A DNA stretch of 64,000 nt from Verrucomicrobiota bacterium (GCA_033762115.1 JANRLX010000111.1:33807-97806), one strand, 5' to 3'. Counted from the first letter of the stretch, positions 17,203 to 28,186 are shown. The notes: generated by a model not told the origin, from the sequence alone. Translations and numbers: made by a program.

Positions 17203-19065
17203 TTATTCCACGGTGACACTTTTTGCGAGGTTGCGCGGTTTATCCACGTCGCAGCCGCGGCAGACTGCGATATGATAGGAGAGCAGTTGGAGGGGGATCA
17301 CCCCGAGTAACGGAAAAATCGATTCAATCGTCGGGGGGACATAAATCACATCCTCAACCAGCGAGGTGATGGACTCATTCCCTTCCGTGGCGATGGCAAT
17401 GACCGGGCCTTTCCTGGCTTTGATTTCCATGAGGTTGCTCAAGGTTTTGTCATAGAGACCATCACTGGGAGCGAGGATGACCGTAGGGGTTTTCTCATCG
17501 ATCATGGCAATCGGCCCATGCTTCATCTCTGCGGCGGGATACCCTTCCGCATGGATGTAGGAAATTTCCTTCAGCTTCAACGCTCCTTCCAATGCGACAG
17601 GAAAAGTGTATTGCCTGCCGAGAAAGAAAAAATCCTCCGCTGCCGCATACTTTTGGGCGAGGGTTTTAATCCTGTCGTTTTGCGCTAGAATTTTTTCGAT
17701 TTGGGACGGGACTTGCTCAAGGGCCTGGAGCACCTGTGAACCGCGCCGGGAGGACAAGGTGCGGATACGGCCCATCAGCAGCGCGAAGAGGGTGAGAACA
17801 GTGACCTGGGAGGTGAATGCCTTGGTGGAAGCGACCCCGATTTCCGGTCCCGCATGCAGGTAAATCCCGCCATGCGCTTCCCGGGCGATGGTGCTTCCGA
17901 CCACATTACAGATGGAGAGGACCGGATGCCCGCGCCGTTTTGACTCCCGCAAGCCAGCCAGGGTATCGGCGGTTTCCCCGGATTGGGTGATGGCCAGGAT
18001 CAAGGTGTTTTTTTCGATTGGAGCATTGCGGTACCGAAATTCACTCGCGTATTCAACTTCAACAGGGATGCAGGCGAGGTCTTCGAAAAGATACTCGCCC
18101 ACCAGGGCGGCGTGCCAACTGGTGCCGCAGGCCACGATCACGATTTGATCCACCGCGCGAAGCTCAGCGAGCGAGACGTTCAAGCCGCCGAATTTGGCAG
18201 TCACTTCTTCGCGATCAATCCGCCCGCGCATGGCATTCTGGACAGTGCGCGGTTGCTCAAAAATTTCCTTGAGCATGTAATGCGGAAATTCCCCCTTTTC
18301 ACTTGCCTCAGCGTTGAATTCAATCTGGCTGATCTGGACTTTGGCGGTGTCCGAACCCAGGTTGTTGACGGAAAAATTATCTCGGGTCAACGTCGCCACA
18401 TCATAATCATTCAGGTAGACGACCTGGCGGGTATGAGCAACGATTGCGGTGGCATCGCTCGCGAGGAAATTCTCACCTTCACCCACCCCGATAATCAAGG
18501 GAGAGCCGCGCCGCGCGCCAACAATAAGTTCCGGGTGATCGGCGGAAATAACGGCAATACCGTAAGCGCCGATGACCTCCTTTAAGGCGTTCATCACCGC
18601 CTGTGTCAGGATGTGGGTACCGTTTTGGGATGGTTTCGCTTTGAGTTTGTCGTAATGGCTGCCGATCAGGTGTGCAAGCACTTCAGTGTCGGTGGCGGAT
18701 TTAAATGTATGCCCTTCCTGAATGAATCGTTCCTTGAGTCGGTCGTAGTTCTCGATAACGCCATTGTGGACAACGGCGATGCGCCCGCTTTCATCCGTAT
18801 GGGGATGGGAATTTTCGTCATTTGGGGGGCCGTGGGTGGCCCAGCGCGTGTGGCCAAGGCCGGTGTCACCGCTCAAGGGTGAGGAGGAGAGAAGGCGGGC
18901 GAGCCCTTCATCGATTTTCCCCTTCTTTTTGCATGTGTGGAGGGTTTGATCGCGGAGAACTGCTATTCCAGCGCTGTCATAACCCCTGTATTCCAGGCGT
19001 CGAAGCCCTTCCAGAATAATGGGGGCTGCCTGTTTTTTTCCCACATAACCGATAATTCCACACAT
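17203..19065 (-). CDS. glmS: glutamine--fructose-6-phosphate aminotransferase
   Basis: MCGIIGY start, EYRGYDSAG, GHTRWATHG, C-terminal KPRNLAKSVTVE. Confidence 0.98.
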   Translation of the reverse strand: MCGIIGYVGKKQAAPIILEGLRRLEYRGYDSAGIAVLRDQTLHTCKKKGKIDEGLARLLSSSPLSGDTGLGHTRWATHGPPNDENSHPHTDESGRIAVVHNGVIENYDRLKERFIQEGHTFKSATDTEVLAHLIGSHYDKLKAKPSQNGTHILTQAVMNALKEVIGAYGIAVISADHPELIVGARRGSPLIIGVGEGENFLASDATAIVAHTRQVVYLNDYDVATLTRDNFSVNNLGSDTAKVQISQIEFNAEASEKGEFPHYMLKEIFEQPRTVQNAMRGRIDREEVTAKFGGLNVSLAELRAVDQIVIVACGTSWHAALVGEYLFEDLACIPVEVEYASEFRYRNAPIEKNTLILAITQSGETADTLAGLRESKRRGHPVLSICNVVGSTIAREAHGGIYLHAGPEIGVASTKAFTSQVTVLTLFALLMGRIRTLSSRRGSQVLQALEQVPSQIEKILAQNDRIKTLAQKYAAAEDFFFLGRQYTFPVALEGALKLKEISYIHAEGYPAAEMKHGPIAMIDEKTPTVILAPSDGLYDKTLSNLMEIKARKGPVIAIATEGNESITSLVEDVIYVPPTIESIFPLLGVIPLQLLSYHIAVCRGCDVDKPRNLAKSVTVE

Positions 19066-19211
19066 AAAAACTCTCGCGCGAAAATGCGCCTCATCAAAAC
19101 GCAATACGTTCCTGGTCGCGCCGGGTGAGAAAAATCTCCTGTTGCCCCTTGCACTACCCCTGATCGGAAGGGTATATCAGCAGCAACAGTTCGCAAGCAA
19201 AGGATGAGGTT

Positions 19212-20519
19212 ATGCCGTCTCCGAAAGTCCAAGCGGTCAATATGGGTTCAGTTCTCTCCGTCATCATGGGGGGCGGACAGGGAACACGACTTTTCCCCCT
19301 AACCAGGGAGCGTTCCAAACCGGCGGTGCCATTGGCGGGGAAGTATCGCCTCGTGGACATCCCGATTTCCAACTGCATCAACTCCGGGTTGAAAAAAGTT
19401 TACCTGCTCACCCAATTCAACTCCGCCTCGCTCCACCGGCATATTTCGCAATCGTACAAGTTCGATCATTTCACCGGGGGGTTCGTCGAAATCCTGGCAG
19501 CCGAGCAAACGTTCACGGATACTTCATGGTATCAGGGTACCGCGGATGCCGTCCGAAAAAACCTCGTCCATTTTCTCAACCATAGTTTTGAGTACGCATT
19601 GATCCTGAGCGGCGATCAATTATACCGGATGGATTTTTCCAAAATTCTTTACCAACATGTGGCGACCGGAGCGGAACTGACCATTGCCACCATTCCCATG
19701 CCCCGTGACCAGGCGCCCTCCCTCGGGATCATGCAAGTGGATGAGGATCGTCGCATCACGCGATTTGTGGAGAAACCAAAAGAACCGGAAGTGATCGATT
19801 CCCTGCAGATTCCCCGCGAATGGTACCGCCAGTTCGATATCCAGGGTGACCAGGACTTCTTCCTCGCCTCGATGGGAATCTATATCTTCAACCGGGACAT
19901 CCTGTTGAAGCTGCTCGACAACAACTTTACCGATTTTGGCAAGCACATCATTCCCGGCGCCATCGGCAAGCACCGCGTTTATTCCTATATTTTTCAGGGC
20001 TACTGGGAAGACATCGGGACAATCCGGAATTTCTTCGAGGCGAACCTGAACCTTGCGAGCGAATTGCCCGCCTTCAATTTTTTCGACATGGCTTCCCCCA
20101 TTTTCACCCGGCCACGGTTCCTGCCCGGATCAAAAATCAACGGCGCGGAGATTGATCACGCCGTGATTTCGGATGGCTGCATCATCAATCACGCAAAAAT
20201 TTCCAACAGCATCGTGGGGATTCGAAGTCTGGTGGACTCCGGTTCCTCGATCAACCGTTCGGTGGTGTTGGGAAATGATTATTTTGAATCTCTCGATTCA
20301 ATTCAGGAGAACGAATCCGCGGGACGTCCCAAAATGGGGATCGGGAAAAACACCCGGATCGAAAATGCGATTATCGATAAGAACGCCCGGATCGGGGACC
20401 ATTGCGTGATCACCCCTGCCGGGAAACCGGAGAATGTGGATCATCCCCTCTACTACATTCGCGATGGCATTGTCATCGTGCCGAAAAATGGCTCGATCCC
20501 CCACGGGACTGTGATCTGA
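19212..20519 (+). CDS. glgC: glucose-1-phosphate adenylyltransferase
   Basis: GGGQGTRLFPLT..RSKPAVP, WYQGTADAV, FVEKP, YWEDIGT. Confidence 0.96.
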   Translation: MPSPKVQAVNMGSVLSVIMGGGQGTRLFPLTRERSKPAVPLAGKYRLVDIPISNCINSGLKKVYLLTQFNSASLHRHISQSYKFDHFTGGFVEILAAEQTFTDTSWYQGTADAVRKNLVHFLNHSFEYALILSGDQLYRMDFSKILYQHVATGAELTIATIPMPRDQAPSLGIMQVDEDRRITRFVEKPKEPEVIDSLQIPREWYRQFDIQGDQDFFLASMGIYIFNRDILLKLLDNNFTDFGKHIIPGAIGKHRVYSYIFQGYWEDIGTIRNFFEANLNLASELPAFNFFDMASPIFTRPRFLPGSKINGAEIDHAVISDGCIINHAKISNSIVGIRSLVDSGSSINRSVVLGNDYFESLDSIQENESAGRPKMGIGKNTRIENAIIDKNARIGDHCVITPAGKPENVDHPLYYIRDGIVIVPKNGSIPHGTVI

Positions 20520-20523
20520 TGGT

Positions 20524-21903
20524 TTAATGGGCAAAGCCGCGTTCCTCCTCCGGAAGCGGTTGTCCACGGGTTTCCGGCATAAACGGAATCACCAGCAGCC
20601 CCAGCACGAAAATGGAACACATCGCAAGCCCCGCGTAACGAAGCGGTTCCTCAGTATTGTGAAAAACCTTGCTGCTCAGCAACCCCAGCGTCCAGGGGCC
20701 TGAAGCGGCGATAAAACGCCCGACGTTATAACAGAAAGAAGTCCCCGTGCTGCGCAATGACGTGGGGAACAGTTCAGGAAAGTAGATCGCATACCCCCCG
20801 AAAATTCCCAGCATGAAAAAGCCCATGATTGGGACCAGCAAATAAATATGCCACGGTTCGCGAACGATCCAGAAAACCAGTGAGGTGGAAACCATCGCCC
20901 CGACAAAGGCGACAGCAAAAGCGAGTCGGCGGCTGGTCCGCTGGGTGAACTTGGTAAACGCCAGCATTCCCAGAAATGCCCCAGCGTTGAGCATCAGCGA
21001 AGTTTTTCCTTTCCAACTACCCACCGCGCCTTTCAGTTCCGCTCCGGCAAGCCCCTGTGCTGCCAGAGATTTTTCCATCACTGAACCCACCAGGTCCATG
21101 CTGTAAAAAACAATTCCCCAGAGGGCGATGACACCAGCGCAAGCCAGGACCATTCCGATCAACGCATTTTTTCTCCAGCGAGGGTTGCTGAAAAGGGCGG
21201 CATACGATCCCGCTTTGCGGGATTCTTCCCTGGACATTTTCACCTTCTGCCATTTTTCAGGCTCTTTCAAACGCCAGCGAACAACCAACGCGAGCAATGC
21301 GGGAAACGCGCCGATTACAAACATGATTCGCCACTTGGCCCATGCGGAAGGCATGCCGCCGGAGCCTTCCCAGTGGCTGAGGCCCATTTCAATCAGCGCA
21401 GCGCTGACGTTGCCGACTGCTGAAAGCGCCTGCAAAAGGCCTAGGGCATGAGGACGGGCCCGGTCAGGCATCACTTCCGCAATCAGCGCCACACCCACGG
21501 CAAATTCTCCCCCAACGCCGAGACCGGTGATAAAACGATAAAACGCAAAATCCCAGAACCCTGTCGATAAAGCGCTTAAACCCGTGCAGAGGGAGTAAAC
21601 AAGGATGGTGATCATCATTGTTTTTGCGCGGCCAATGCGATCCCCAAGCACGCCAAAAATCAAACCGCCAGTCGCCCAGCCAAGCACAAAAATGGCGGTG
21701 GCGTAGCCGCTGTACTCGTTGATGTTTGCACCCGGTGGCAGAAGATCGCGCATCGCAGGTGCGCGCGCGAGGAGAAACAGTTGCTGGTCCAGGCAATCGA
21801 AGAGCCACCCAAGCGCGGCGACGACCAGGACGAACCAATGATATCGATTGAGTTCACGCCACCACGGTTGCGAATGATTCATTGTTGGTTCATTTCCGGC
21901 CAT
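20524..21903 (-). CDS. MFS transporter
   Basis: GVLGDRIGRA motif A, ELFPTSLR, C-terminal PETRG; about 12 transmembrane helices. Confidence 0.9.
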   Translation of the reverse strand: MAGNEPTMNHSQPWWRELNRYHWFVLVVAALGWLFDCLDQQLFLLARAPAMRDLLPPGANINEYSGYATAIFVLGWATGGLIFGVLGDRIGRAKTMMITILVYSLCTGLSALSTGFWDFAFYRFITGLGVGGEFAVGVALIAEVMPDRARPHALGLLQALSAVGNVSAALIEMGLSHWEGSGGMPSAWAKWRIMFVIGAFPALLALVVRWRLKEPEKWQKVKMSREESRKAGSYAALFSNPRWRKNALIGMVLACAGVIALWGIVFYSMDLVGSVMEKSLAAQGLAGAELKGAVGSWKGKTSLMLNAGAFLGMLAFTKFTQRTSRRLAFAVAFVGAMVSTSLVFWIVREPWHIYLLVPIMGFFMLGIFGGYAIYFPELFPTSLRSTGTSFCYNVGRFIAASGPWTLGLLSSKVFHNTEEPLRYAGLAMCSIFVLGLLVIPFMPETRGQPLPEEERGFAH

Positions 21904-22007
21904 GCTACTCCTCTTGCGTTTTTTTCAGGGACGCTGTTTGGGTAGCATAGAAGTTGTGAGTGAGCCAAGAGCAATCAGTAAAACAAACCGCAAGAGATTG
22001 CCAGGCA

Positions 22008-23699
22008 TCAGGTCACATCGTTCCTCCATTTTAGAAAGCGTTTCCAAAAAGATTCAGGTTCGATCTGGAAAAACTGGAGGCTCGCTTTCATTCGGGCTTC
22101 CGCAAGGAATTTTCGTTGCGCTGACCTCAGGAAATACAGCGCGACAAAAACATTCAAAATAACCCAGCTCACGTAAGCTTCATAAAAATCCATTCCTTGA
22201 GGAACCGAATCAAACAGGTTGAGCAAAAGCGTCGCTGAGGCAAAAATACCCCACGGGACGAACAACACGCGGGAAACGGCAATTCCAGCAGCCTGTTGCG
22301 GCTTTTTTGAAATCAACGGCGTCCAGAGCCCCAGATAAGTAATGGCAAGGACATCGAGAGTCATGCAAATCCAGGTGCCGACAAAAAAGAAGATCTGAAT
22401 GTCATCTCCATCATCACTATATAAAGTCCACAAGGCAGCGATGCTGAACAAACAGGTGAGAAAATAGAGAATCCACATCTGCCGCAAAACATTAAGAAAC
22501 TGTCCTTTAATGATCTCCTGCAATTTGAGCGGCGTGGAAAGCAGCATTTCCAATGCTCCATTCGCGTGCGCTTCGGTCAATGGCTTGCATGCCACCGCCG
22601 CAGTCATTATCCGCATCATCAAATGAAAAATCCCCGCCACGATCAGGAAAGCGTACCCAAGTTGAAGCGATTTGTTCATCGCATAAACTGAAAAGGTGAT
22701 TCCGATCACGAGGATGATGATGACATATCGGTAAATCGCATCGGTCCGGACACGGCTTCCGAGCCAGATCCAGGGGTTGATTTCCAGAAAGCGCTTCCGG
22801 TATGCGGTTCTCTTTTCGGCTGATCCCAATTGCCACGTCCGCCACCGTTCCCGCCAGGAGTGGCTCTTCAAAGTTGGCTCCTCCTGCCATTTGTGCGGCA
22901 GCAACAGGCAGGCGGACCAAAGAAAAATATGTCCCATGACATGGCAGACAAGAATCGAGATCCAGAAATCAGAAAAAAGCCGGGCCATTCCAAGCGTCCC
23001 GATCCCGCTCATCTGCATTGCGGGGCTGAACCATTCAATCACCCGCGCGAGATCCGGCATTCCGTTATACCTCGAGAGGTTGGCCAGCCCCGGTAATCCA
23101 AGCCAGAAAACCAGGAGCGTGACATTAAACTGACCAACCATTTTCTGATATTCCCGCCCATTGGTGGATATCAACAGGCCCAGGCTCATGGAAAAAAAGA
23201 TGGTGTTCAGCAGGGCGATGCAGACGACCAGCACATCCATCCATCCCACTCCACCCAGCAAAATAGCAATGGAGAGAAATGGGACAATTCCCAACAGGCC
23301 GACCACCGAAGCGAAAGAATGGGCAACCAGCTTTCCCAAAACAATATGGTGGGTTCGCATGTCTGTCAGGAATAACAGCCCAAGGGTCCCCTCCCGTTTT
23401 TCGCTGCTTAACGCGTCAGCAGTGGTCATTCCCGAGAACAGCGCCATTAGAAAAAGAATTCCCGTCAGTGAATTGAAAATCTGTTGACCGATCATACCGC
23501 CTATCGGTGCGCGAGAGAACCCCCATAGCATACTCGCTGCTACCAGCAGAAAAACGAGGCCAATGATCCAGCGGGAGCGGAAAGTGGCGGGCTTTTTTGA
23601 CGCAACCAGCAATTCTCGCCAGGCAATTGGGAACGCACTGCTCGTCCGGTTCCAGAGAGGGCTTGATCCAGGTATGGTTGCCATTCGACTGCTGCCCAA
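22008..23699 (-). CDS. ABC-2 type permease-like membrane protein (duplicated domain)
   Basis: SSEKREGTLGLLFLTD and GALEMLLSTPL repeats; many transmembrane helices. Confidence 0.75.
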   Translation of the reverse strand: MGSSRMATIPGSSPLWNRTSSAFPIAWRELLVASKKPATFRSRWIIGLVFLLVAASMLWGFSRAPIGGMIGQQIFNSLTGILFLMALFSGMTTADALSSEKREGTLGLLFLTDMRTHHIVLGKLVAHSFASVVGLLGIVPFLSIAILLGGVGWMDVLVVCIALLNTIFFSMSLGLLISTNGREYQKMVGQFNVTLLVFWLGLPGLANLSRYNGMPDLARVIEWFSPAMQMSGIGTLGMARLFSDFWISILVCHVMGHIFLWSACLLLPHKWQEEPTLKSHSWRERWRTWQLGSAEKRTAYRKRFLEINPWIWLGSRVRTDAIYRYVIIILVIGITFSVYAMNKSLQLGYAFLIVAGIFHLMMRIMTAAVACKPLTEAHANGALEMLLSTPLKLQEIIKGQFLNVLRQMWILYFLTCLFSIAALWTLYSDDGDDIQIFFFVGTWICMTLDVLAITYLGLWTPLISKKPQQAAGIAVSRVLFVPWGIFASATLLLNLFDSVPQGMDFYEAYVSWVILNVFVALYFLRSAQRKFLAEARMKASLQFFQIEPESFWKRFLKWRNDVT

Positions 23700-23837
23700 T
23701 CTGAATTGTCACATCCACTCTGACAATCGGAAAAGATCATCCACGCGCCCTGATCCCGGTTTCAGGCAGTCATGTGAAGTAAAATCAGCGCTGTTCACCA
23801 TTTCAGAAATTCACGCCCCGGCGACAGTTGGGGTAAT

Positions 23838-24095
23838 ATGAAAAAATTGTTATTGGCAGGTGTGGCATCAATCCTTCTCGCTGGCTGCGCCAGTCAGAGC
23901 GGAGGCATGGGAAGCAGCAGTGGCAGCACGACCGAATCAGGCAGCGGAAGTTCCTGGATGGACAATTCGGAAACCGGCTCGGCAGGGGACACCACTTCGG
24001 CAGAATCGGGCGCTGCAAGGGGCAGCACTGGAACTGGCGGCACAACTTCGGGCGGGACAGGGAGCAGCACCTCCGGTGGTTCCGGAAATCGATAA
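23838..24095 (+). CDS. small Gly/Ser/Thr-rich lipoprotein
   Basis: MKKLLL...LAGC lipobox; low-complexity mature part; own terminator. Confidence 0.75.
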   Translation: MKKLLLAGVASILLAGCASQSGGMGSSSGSTTESGSGSSWMDNSETGSAGDTTSAESGAARGSTGTGGTTSGGTGSSTSGGSGNR

Positions 24096-24122
24096 TCCTC
24101 TTTCGACAGCAAACTTGTTCAG

Positions 24123-24148
24123 GCGGGGTGATGGCACCTCGCTTTTTT
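24123..24148 (+). terminator. intrinsic terminator
   Basis: GCGGGGTG-atgg-CACCTCGC followed by TTTTTT. Confidence 0.75.
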
Positions 24149-24222
24149 GCTGTACAATGCTCAAAAAAGCATGACGTTTGTCCCGTTCCTCTTCTACAAT
24201 GGCAGCATAACCAATCAAAATT

Positions 24223-25116
24223 ATGGCTGAAAGAATCGGTTTTGTCGGGGTGGGGCGGATGGGGGCAAACATGGCTCGTCGCCTTAATGATCAGGGCTTC
24301 AAAATTACAGCCGTTTACGATTCGCGATTGTCCGTTGCACAGGAAATCGCCAAGGAGTTGGGAGCCGAAGCCTGTCGTACATTACCGCAGGTGACGGAAC
24401 TTTCAGATATTGTCATCACGGTGGTCACGGATGATAAGGCCATGAACCGCATTTTCAGCCGCCTTGGCAAAAGCCTTTTTACAGGTGCCAGGGGAAGGCT
24501 GTTTATCAATTGCGCGACCCTCTCTCCCAAGGTTCATGTGGACCTGGAAAGAAGGGCGCAACGCGTGGGGGCCCAGACTCTTGAAGCCTGCATGGCTTCA
24601 AGCATTACCCAGGCGCGGGAAGGCACGCTGTATTTGATGCTGGGCGGAACCCCAAAAGCTTATGAACGCGCCCGTCCGGTATTGGAAAAGCTAAGCAATT
24701 CCATGCGCTATATCGGCAAAGCCGGTGAAGCAGCCAAGGTCAAGGCGCTCGTCAACATGGTCATGAATATCAACACCGCCGGTCTCGCCGAAGGGCTCGG
24801 CCTGGGGCAGGCGCTGGGACTTGATCTCTCGATGCTCCGGGAAGTGTTTTCCCAAACGGGTGCCAATTCCCGAGTACTTCAGACCGATGGGGAGGATATG
24901 CAAAATCGGGAGCATTCCTGTTTTTTCTCCGCCGCGCACGCAGCCAAGGATTCAGGAATTGCGGTGAAGCTCGCCAAATCCGCTCGACTCCAGTTGCCAC
25001 TTGCCCTCGCCACCAAAAAGCAATTTGACCGGATGATCAAGGAAGGTCTCGGTGATCTGGACAAAAGCGGGGTGGCTGAGCTTACGTTCAAGGGGCGGCT
25101 GAAAAAGAAACGATAG
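24223..25116 (+). CDS. NAD(P)-dependent beta-hydroxyacid dehydrogenase family protein
   Basis: IGFVGVGRMGANMA Rossmann motif; KALVN catalytic Lys; AAKD. Confidence 0.85.
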   Translation: MAERIGFVGVGRMGANMARRLNDQGFKITAVYDSRLSVAQEIAKELGAEACRTLPQVTELSDIVITVVTDDKAMNRIFSRLGKSLFTGARGRLFINCATLSPKVHVDLERRAQRVGAQTLEACMASSITQAREGTLYLMLGGTPKAYERARPVLEKLSNSMRYIGKAGEAAKVKALVNMVMNINTAGLAEGLGLGQALGLDLSMLREVFSQTGANSRVLQTDGEDMQNREHSCFFSAAHAAKDSGIAVKLAKSARLQLPLALATKKQFDRMIKEGLGDLDKSGVAELTFKGRLKKKR

Positions 25117-25124
25117 TTAACGCA

Positions 25125-27347
25125 ATGTCTCACGCGCTCAAACGGGACCCTGCCTCACGCTTGAGCCGCTCAATCCCGTTCGGTCTGGGAGAGGTCAAGC
25201 CGCGTCATTTTCGCGACATGGCGAAAATCTTGTGGGAAAATCGAGACAATCTTCCTTACGCCTACAAAGTCCTTACCCGTGGAGTCTGTGACGGTTGCGC
25301 CCTCGGCGTGGCGGGGTTGCATGATTGGACGATCAACGGGGTCCATCTTTGCATGACCCGCTTGAATCTGTTGCGATTGAACACCATGCCGGAATTCAAT
25401 CCGGAAATTCTGCAGGACGTTTCGCAATTCAACAGCTTTGATAATCAACAATTGCGCCAGCTTGGGCGCCTTGCCTGCCCAATGGTCCGCAAAAAGGGAG
25501 AGCGCGGTTTTCAGCGGGTCACCTGGCCAGAGGCCCAGGCCCGTCTTGGCGCGCGCTTGCGAAAAACCGATCCACAACGAATGGCATTTTTTGTCACTGC
25601 CCGGGGCGTGACCAATGAGGTTTATTACGTGGCGCAAAAAGTGGCCCGGTTTCTCGGCACGAACAACATCGATAATGCCGCCCGCCTCTGCCATGCTCCC
25701 TCCACTGCCGCGATGAAATTCGCGATTGGTGTTTCCGCCAGCACCTGTAGTTACAAAGACTGGTATGGGACGGACCTGGTCCTTTTCTTCGGTTCCAATC
25801 CCGCCAATGACCAGCCTGTGGCCACCAAATACCTGCACGAAGCCAAGCAGCTTGGAACGAAAGTCATTCTGATCAATCCTTACCTTGAACCCGGGATGCA
25901 ACGCTACTGGGTGCCTTCCTCAGCTTCGAGCGCCCTCTTCGGAACTGATATTGCGGATTACTGGTTTCCAGTCGCGCAAGGGGGTGACATCGCATTCATT
26001 TCAGGCGTCCTCAAGGTCATGATCGAACGCGGCTGGTGCGATGAACAATTTATCCAGCAACACACACTTGGATTTGATGCGTTGGTCCGGCAGCTCCAGC
26101 AACTGGACTGGCCGCAGATCGAGAAGCAATCCGGGCTTCCCCGGGCGAGCATGATTGAATTTGCCGGACTGATTCATCATGCCCGGACTGCTGTCCTGGT
26201 CTGGAGCATGGGAATTACACAGCATGCCTATGGTGCGGATGCAGTTCAGATGGTCCTGAATCTCGGTTTAAGCAAAGGATTCGTCGGACGCGAAAAATGT
26301 GGCCTCATGCCGATCCGCGGCCATTCTTCAGTCCAGGGAGGCGCTGAAATGGGGGCCTACTCAACGGCATTTCCCGGTGGCAGGGCGATTACCTCCGAAA
26401 ATGTCGAAGAGCTTTCCAGGGCATACGGTTTTCCGGTCCCTGATTGGGCCGGTCTGACCACCCCTGAAATGATCGAAGCCGCCGGGCAGGGGCAATTGGA
26501 TCTGCTGTATTCACTTGGTGGCAATTTCTTGCGAACCCTTCCTGAACCGCAATCTGTCCGTGCAGCCCTTTCGAAAGTCCCCGTTCGCATTCACCAGGAC
26601 ATCATCCTGACCGACCAGATGTTCATCGAACCGGGTGAGGAAGTGTGGCTGCTTCCTGCGAAAACCCGCTATGAACAGGAGGGAGGCGGGATCGAAACCA
26701 CCACCGAAAGACGAATTGCGTTCAGCCCGGAGATTCCTCGTCAGCTTGGGGAATGCAAGGCAGAGTGGCGCATTTTGCTGGATCTTGCCTCCGCTGCCTG
26801 GCCCGAAAAAGCGCATTTGCTTGGCTGCGCCTCAGCCCAGGCAATTCGCAATGAGATCGCCCGCATTGTTCCCTTTTATGATGGCATTCAGAATTTGCAA
26901 ACCACCGGTGATGCCATTCAGTACGGTGGCCCGCATCTTTGTGCCAACGGCCAGTTTCCCACGCCTGATGGCAAGGCCCACTTCCGACCTGTTCCATTGC
27001 CCAACCTGCATCGAGAGAGCAATGAATTTGAGCTGAGCACGCGCCGTGGAAAGCAATTCAATACACTCATCTATGCCGAGGTCGATCCACTCAATGGCGC
27101 ATCGCGGGATGCTGTCCTTATCAGCGCCGAGGATGCGCAACGGCTGGATCTTTCCTCCAACCAGCGCGTGCGCCTGAAAAACGACCTTGGTGAGTACATC
27201 GCGCGGGTGATGATCGCACCGATTGCGCCGGGAAATGTGCAGGTCCATTGGCCGGAGGGAAATCATTTGATTCGAAAAGGGGTGACCGATCAGGCCGGTG
27301 GTGTGCCGGATTACAATGCCCGCGTGCAAATCGAAAAAGTCCCATGA
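25125..27347 (+). CDS. FdhF/YdeP family molybdopterin oxidoreductase
   Basis: CDGCALG, NNIDNAARLCH, PIRGHSSVQG, STRRGKQFN, PDYNA. Confidence 0.88.
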   Translation: MSHALKRDPASRLSRSIPFGLGEVKPRHFRDMAKILWENRDNLPYAYKVLTRGVCDGCALGVAGLHDWTINGVHLCMTRLNLLRLNTMPEFNPEILQDVSQFNSFDNQQLRQLGRLACPMVRKKGERGFQRVTWPEAQARLGARLRKTDPQRMAFFVTARGVTNEVYYVAQKVARFLGTNNIDNAARLCHAPSTAAMKFAIGVSASTCSYKDWYGTDLVLFFGSNPANDQPVATKYLHEAKQLGTKVILINPYLEPGMQRYWVPSSASSALFGTDIADYWFPVAQGGDIAFISGVLKVMIERGWCDEQFIQQHTLGFDALVRQLQQLDWPQIEKQSGLPRASMIEFAGLIHHARTAVLVWSMGITQHAYGADAVQMVLNLGLSKGFVGREKCGLMPIRGHSSVQGGAEMGAYSTAFPGGRAITSENVEELSRAYGFPVPDWAGLTTPEMIEAAGQGQLDLLYSLGGNFLRTLPEPQSVRAALSKVPVRIHQDIILTDQMFIEPGEEVWLLPAKTRYEQEGGGIETTTERRIAFSPEIPRQLGECKAEWRILLDLASAAWPEKAHLLGCASAQAIRNEIARIVPFYDGIQNLQTTGDAIQYGGPHLCANGQFPTPDGKAHFRPVPLPNLHRESNEFELSTRRGKQFNTLIYAEVDPLNGASRDAVLISAEDAQRLDLSSNQRVRLKNDLGEYIARVMIAPIAPGNVQVHWPEGNHLIRKGVTDQAGGVPDYNARVQIEKVP

Positions 27348-28156
27348 ACCCCGGCGTTCGCGAGTTGCCCATTCTTCGTTGTGCAGCCAACAGCAGCGCA
27401 GTTTCACAGGTGGACGCCGTTTCAGTCGAGGAGCCGATTGAATTCCGTATTGGCGGTGAGGCTATTTCAATCACCATGCGCACCCCCGGGCACGACGATG
27501 AGCTTGCTGCCGGGTTTCTGCTCACGGAGGGCATGATCCAATCGCGTTCCCAAATCCTGGAAATTGCCCCCTGCCCGCAACCAGCCGCAGGTTCTGTCCT
27601 GAATCTTTTTTTGACCCCGGAAGTGGTGGTTTCATCCGCTGCCTTCAGCCGTCAACTGCTTTCCAATTCAAGTTGTGGAATTTGCGGAAAATCCTCCATG
27701 GAATCGATTTACAATCGCTTTCCGCCGGTCCAATCCGCGATCAAACTGGCTGCCGCAATCCTGTCGGATCTCCCCAACAAACTCGCTGCTGCTCAACAGC
27801 AGTTTTCGCAAACAGGCGGTTTGCATGCCGCTGCTCTTTTCAATCCCGAAGGATCGCTCCTGGTATTGCGGGAAGATATCGGGCGGCATAACGCGGTCGA
27901 TAAAGTGATCGGATGGGCCCTCTTTAATCTGCCGCTGCCTCTTTCGAGTTCCATCCTGATGGTGAGCGGGCGTGTCTCATTTGAGATCGTTGCCAAAGCC
28001 GTGGCCGCAGGAGTTCCTGTAGTGGCTTCCATCTCAGCTCCTTCCACCCTGGCAATCGAGCTGGCAATCGGCAATGAAGTAACCCTGGCAGGGTTTGTCC
28101 GGGGGCAAAGTTTTAATCTCTATTCCAGGCCTGATCGGCTCACCGGGATCACTTGA
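27344..28156 (+). CDS. fdhD: formate dehydrogenase accessory sulfurtransferase FdhD
   Basis: ATGA overlap with the upstream gene; TMRTPG, SSCGICG, TGGLHAA, REDIGRHNAVDK. Confidence 0.93.
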   Translation: MNPGVRELPILRCAANSSAVSQVDAVSVEEPIEFRIGGEAISITMRTPGHDDELAAGFLLTEGMIQSRSQILEIAPCPQPAAGSVLNLFLTPEVVVSSAAFSRQLLSNSSCGICGKSSMESIYNRFPPVQSAIKLAAAILSDLPNKLAAAQQQFSQTGGLHAAALFNPEGSLLVLREDIGRHNAVDKVIGWALFNLPLPLSSSILMVSGRVSFEIVAKAVAAGVPVVASISAPSTLAIELAIGNEVTLAGFVRGQSFNLYSRPDRLTGIT

Positions 28157-28186
28157 CAGTTTGGACTTCGGAGGGAACTTACCGGA

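Noticed and set aside
19066..19211. glmS ribozyme upstream of glmS
   Set aside because: Short divergent promoter gap with no recognisable ribozyme core
25125..27347. Selenocysteine recoding in the formate dehydrogenase-like gene
   Set aside because: No in-frame TGA; the active-site position is Cys
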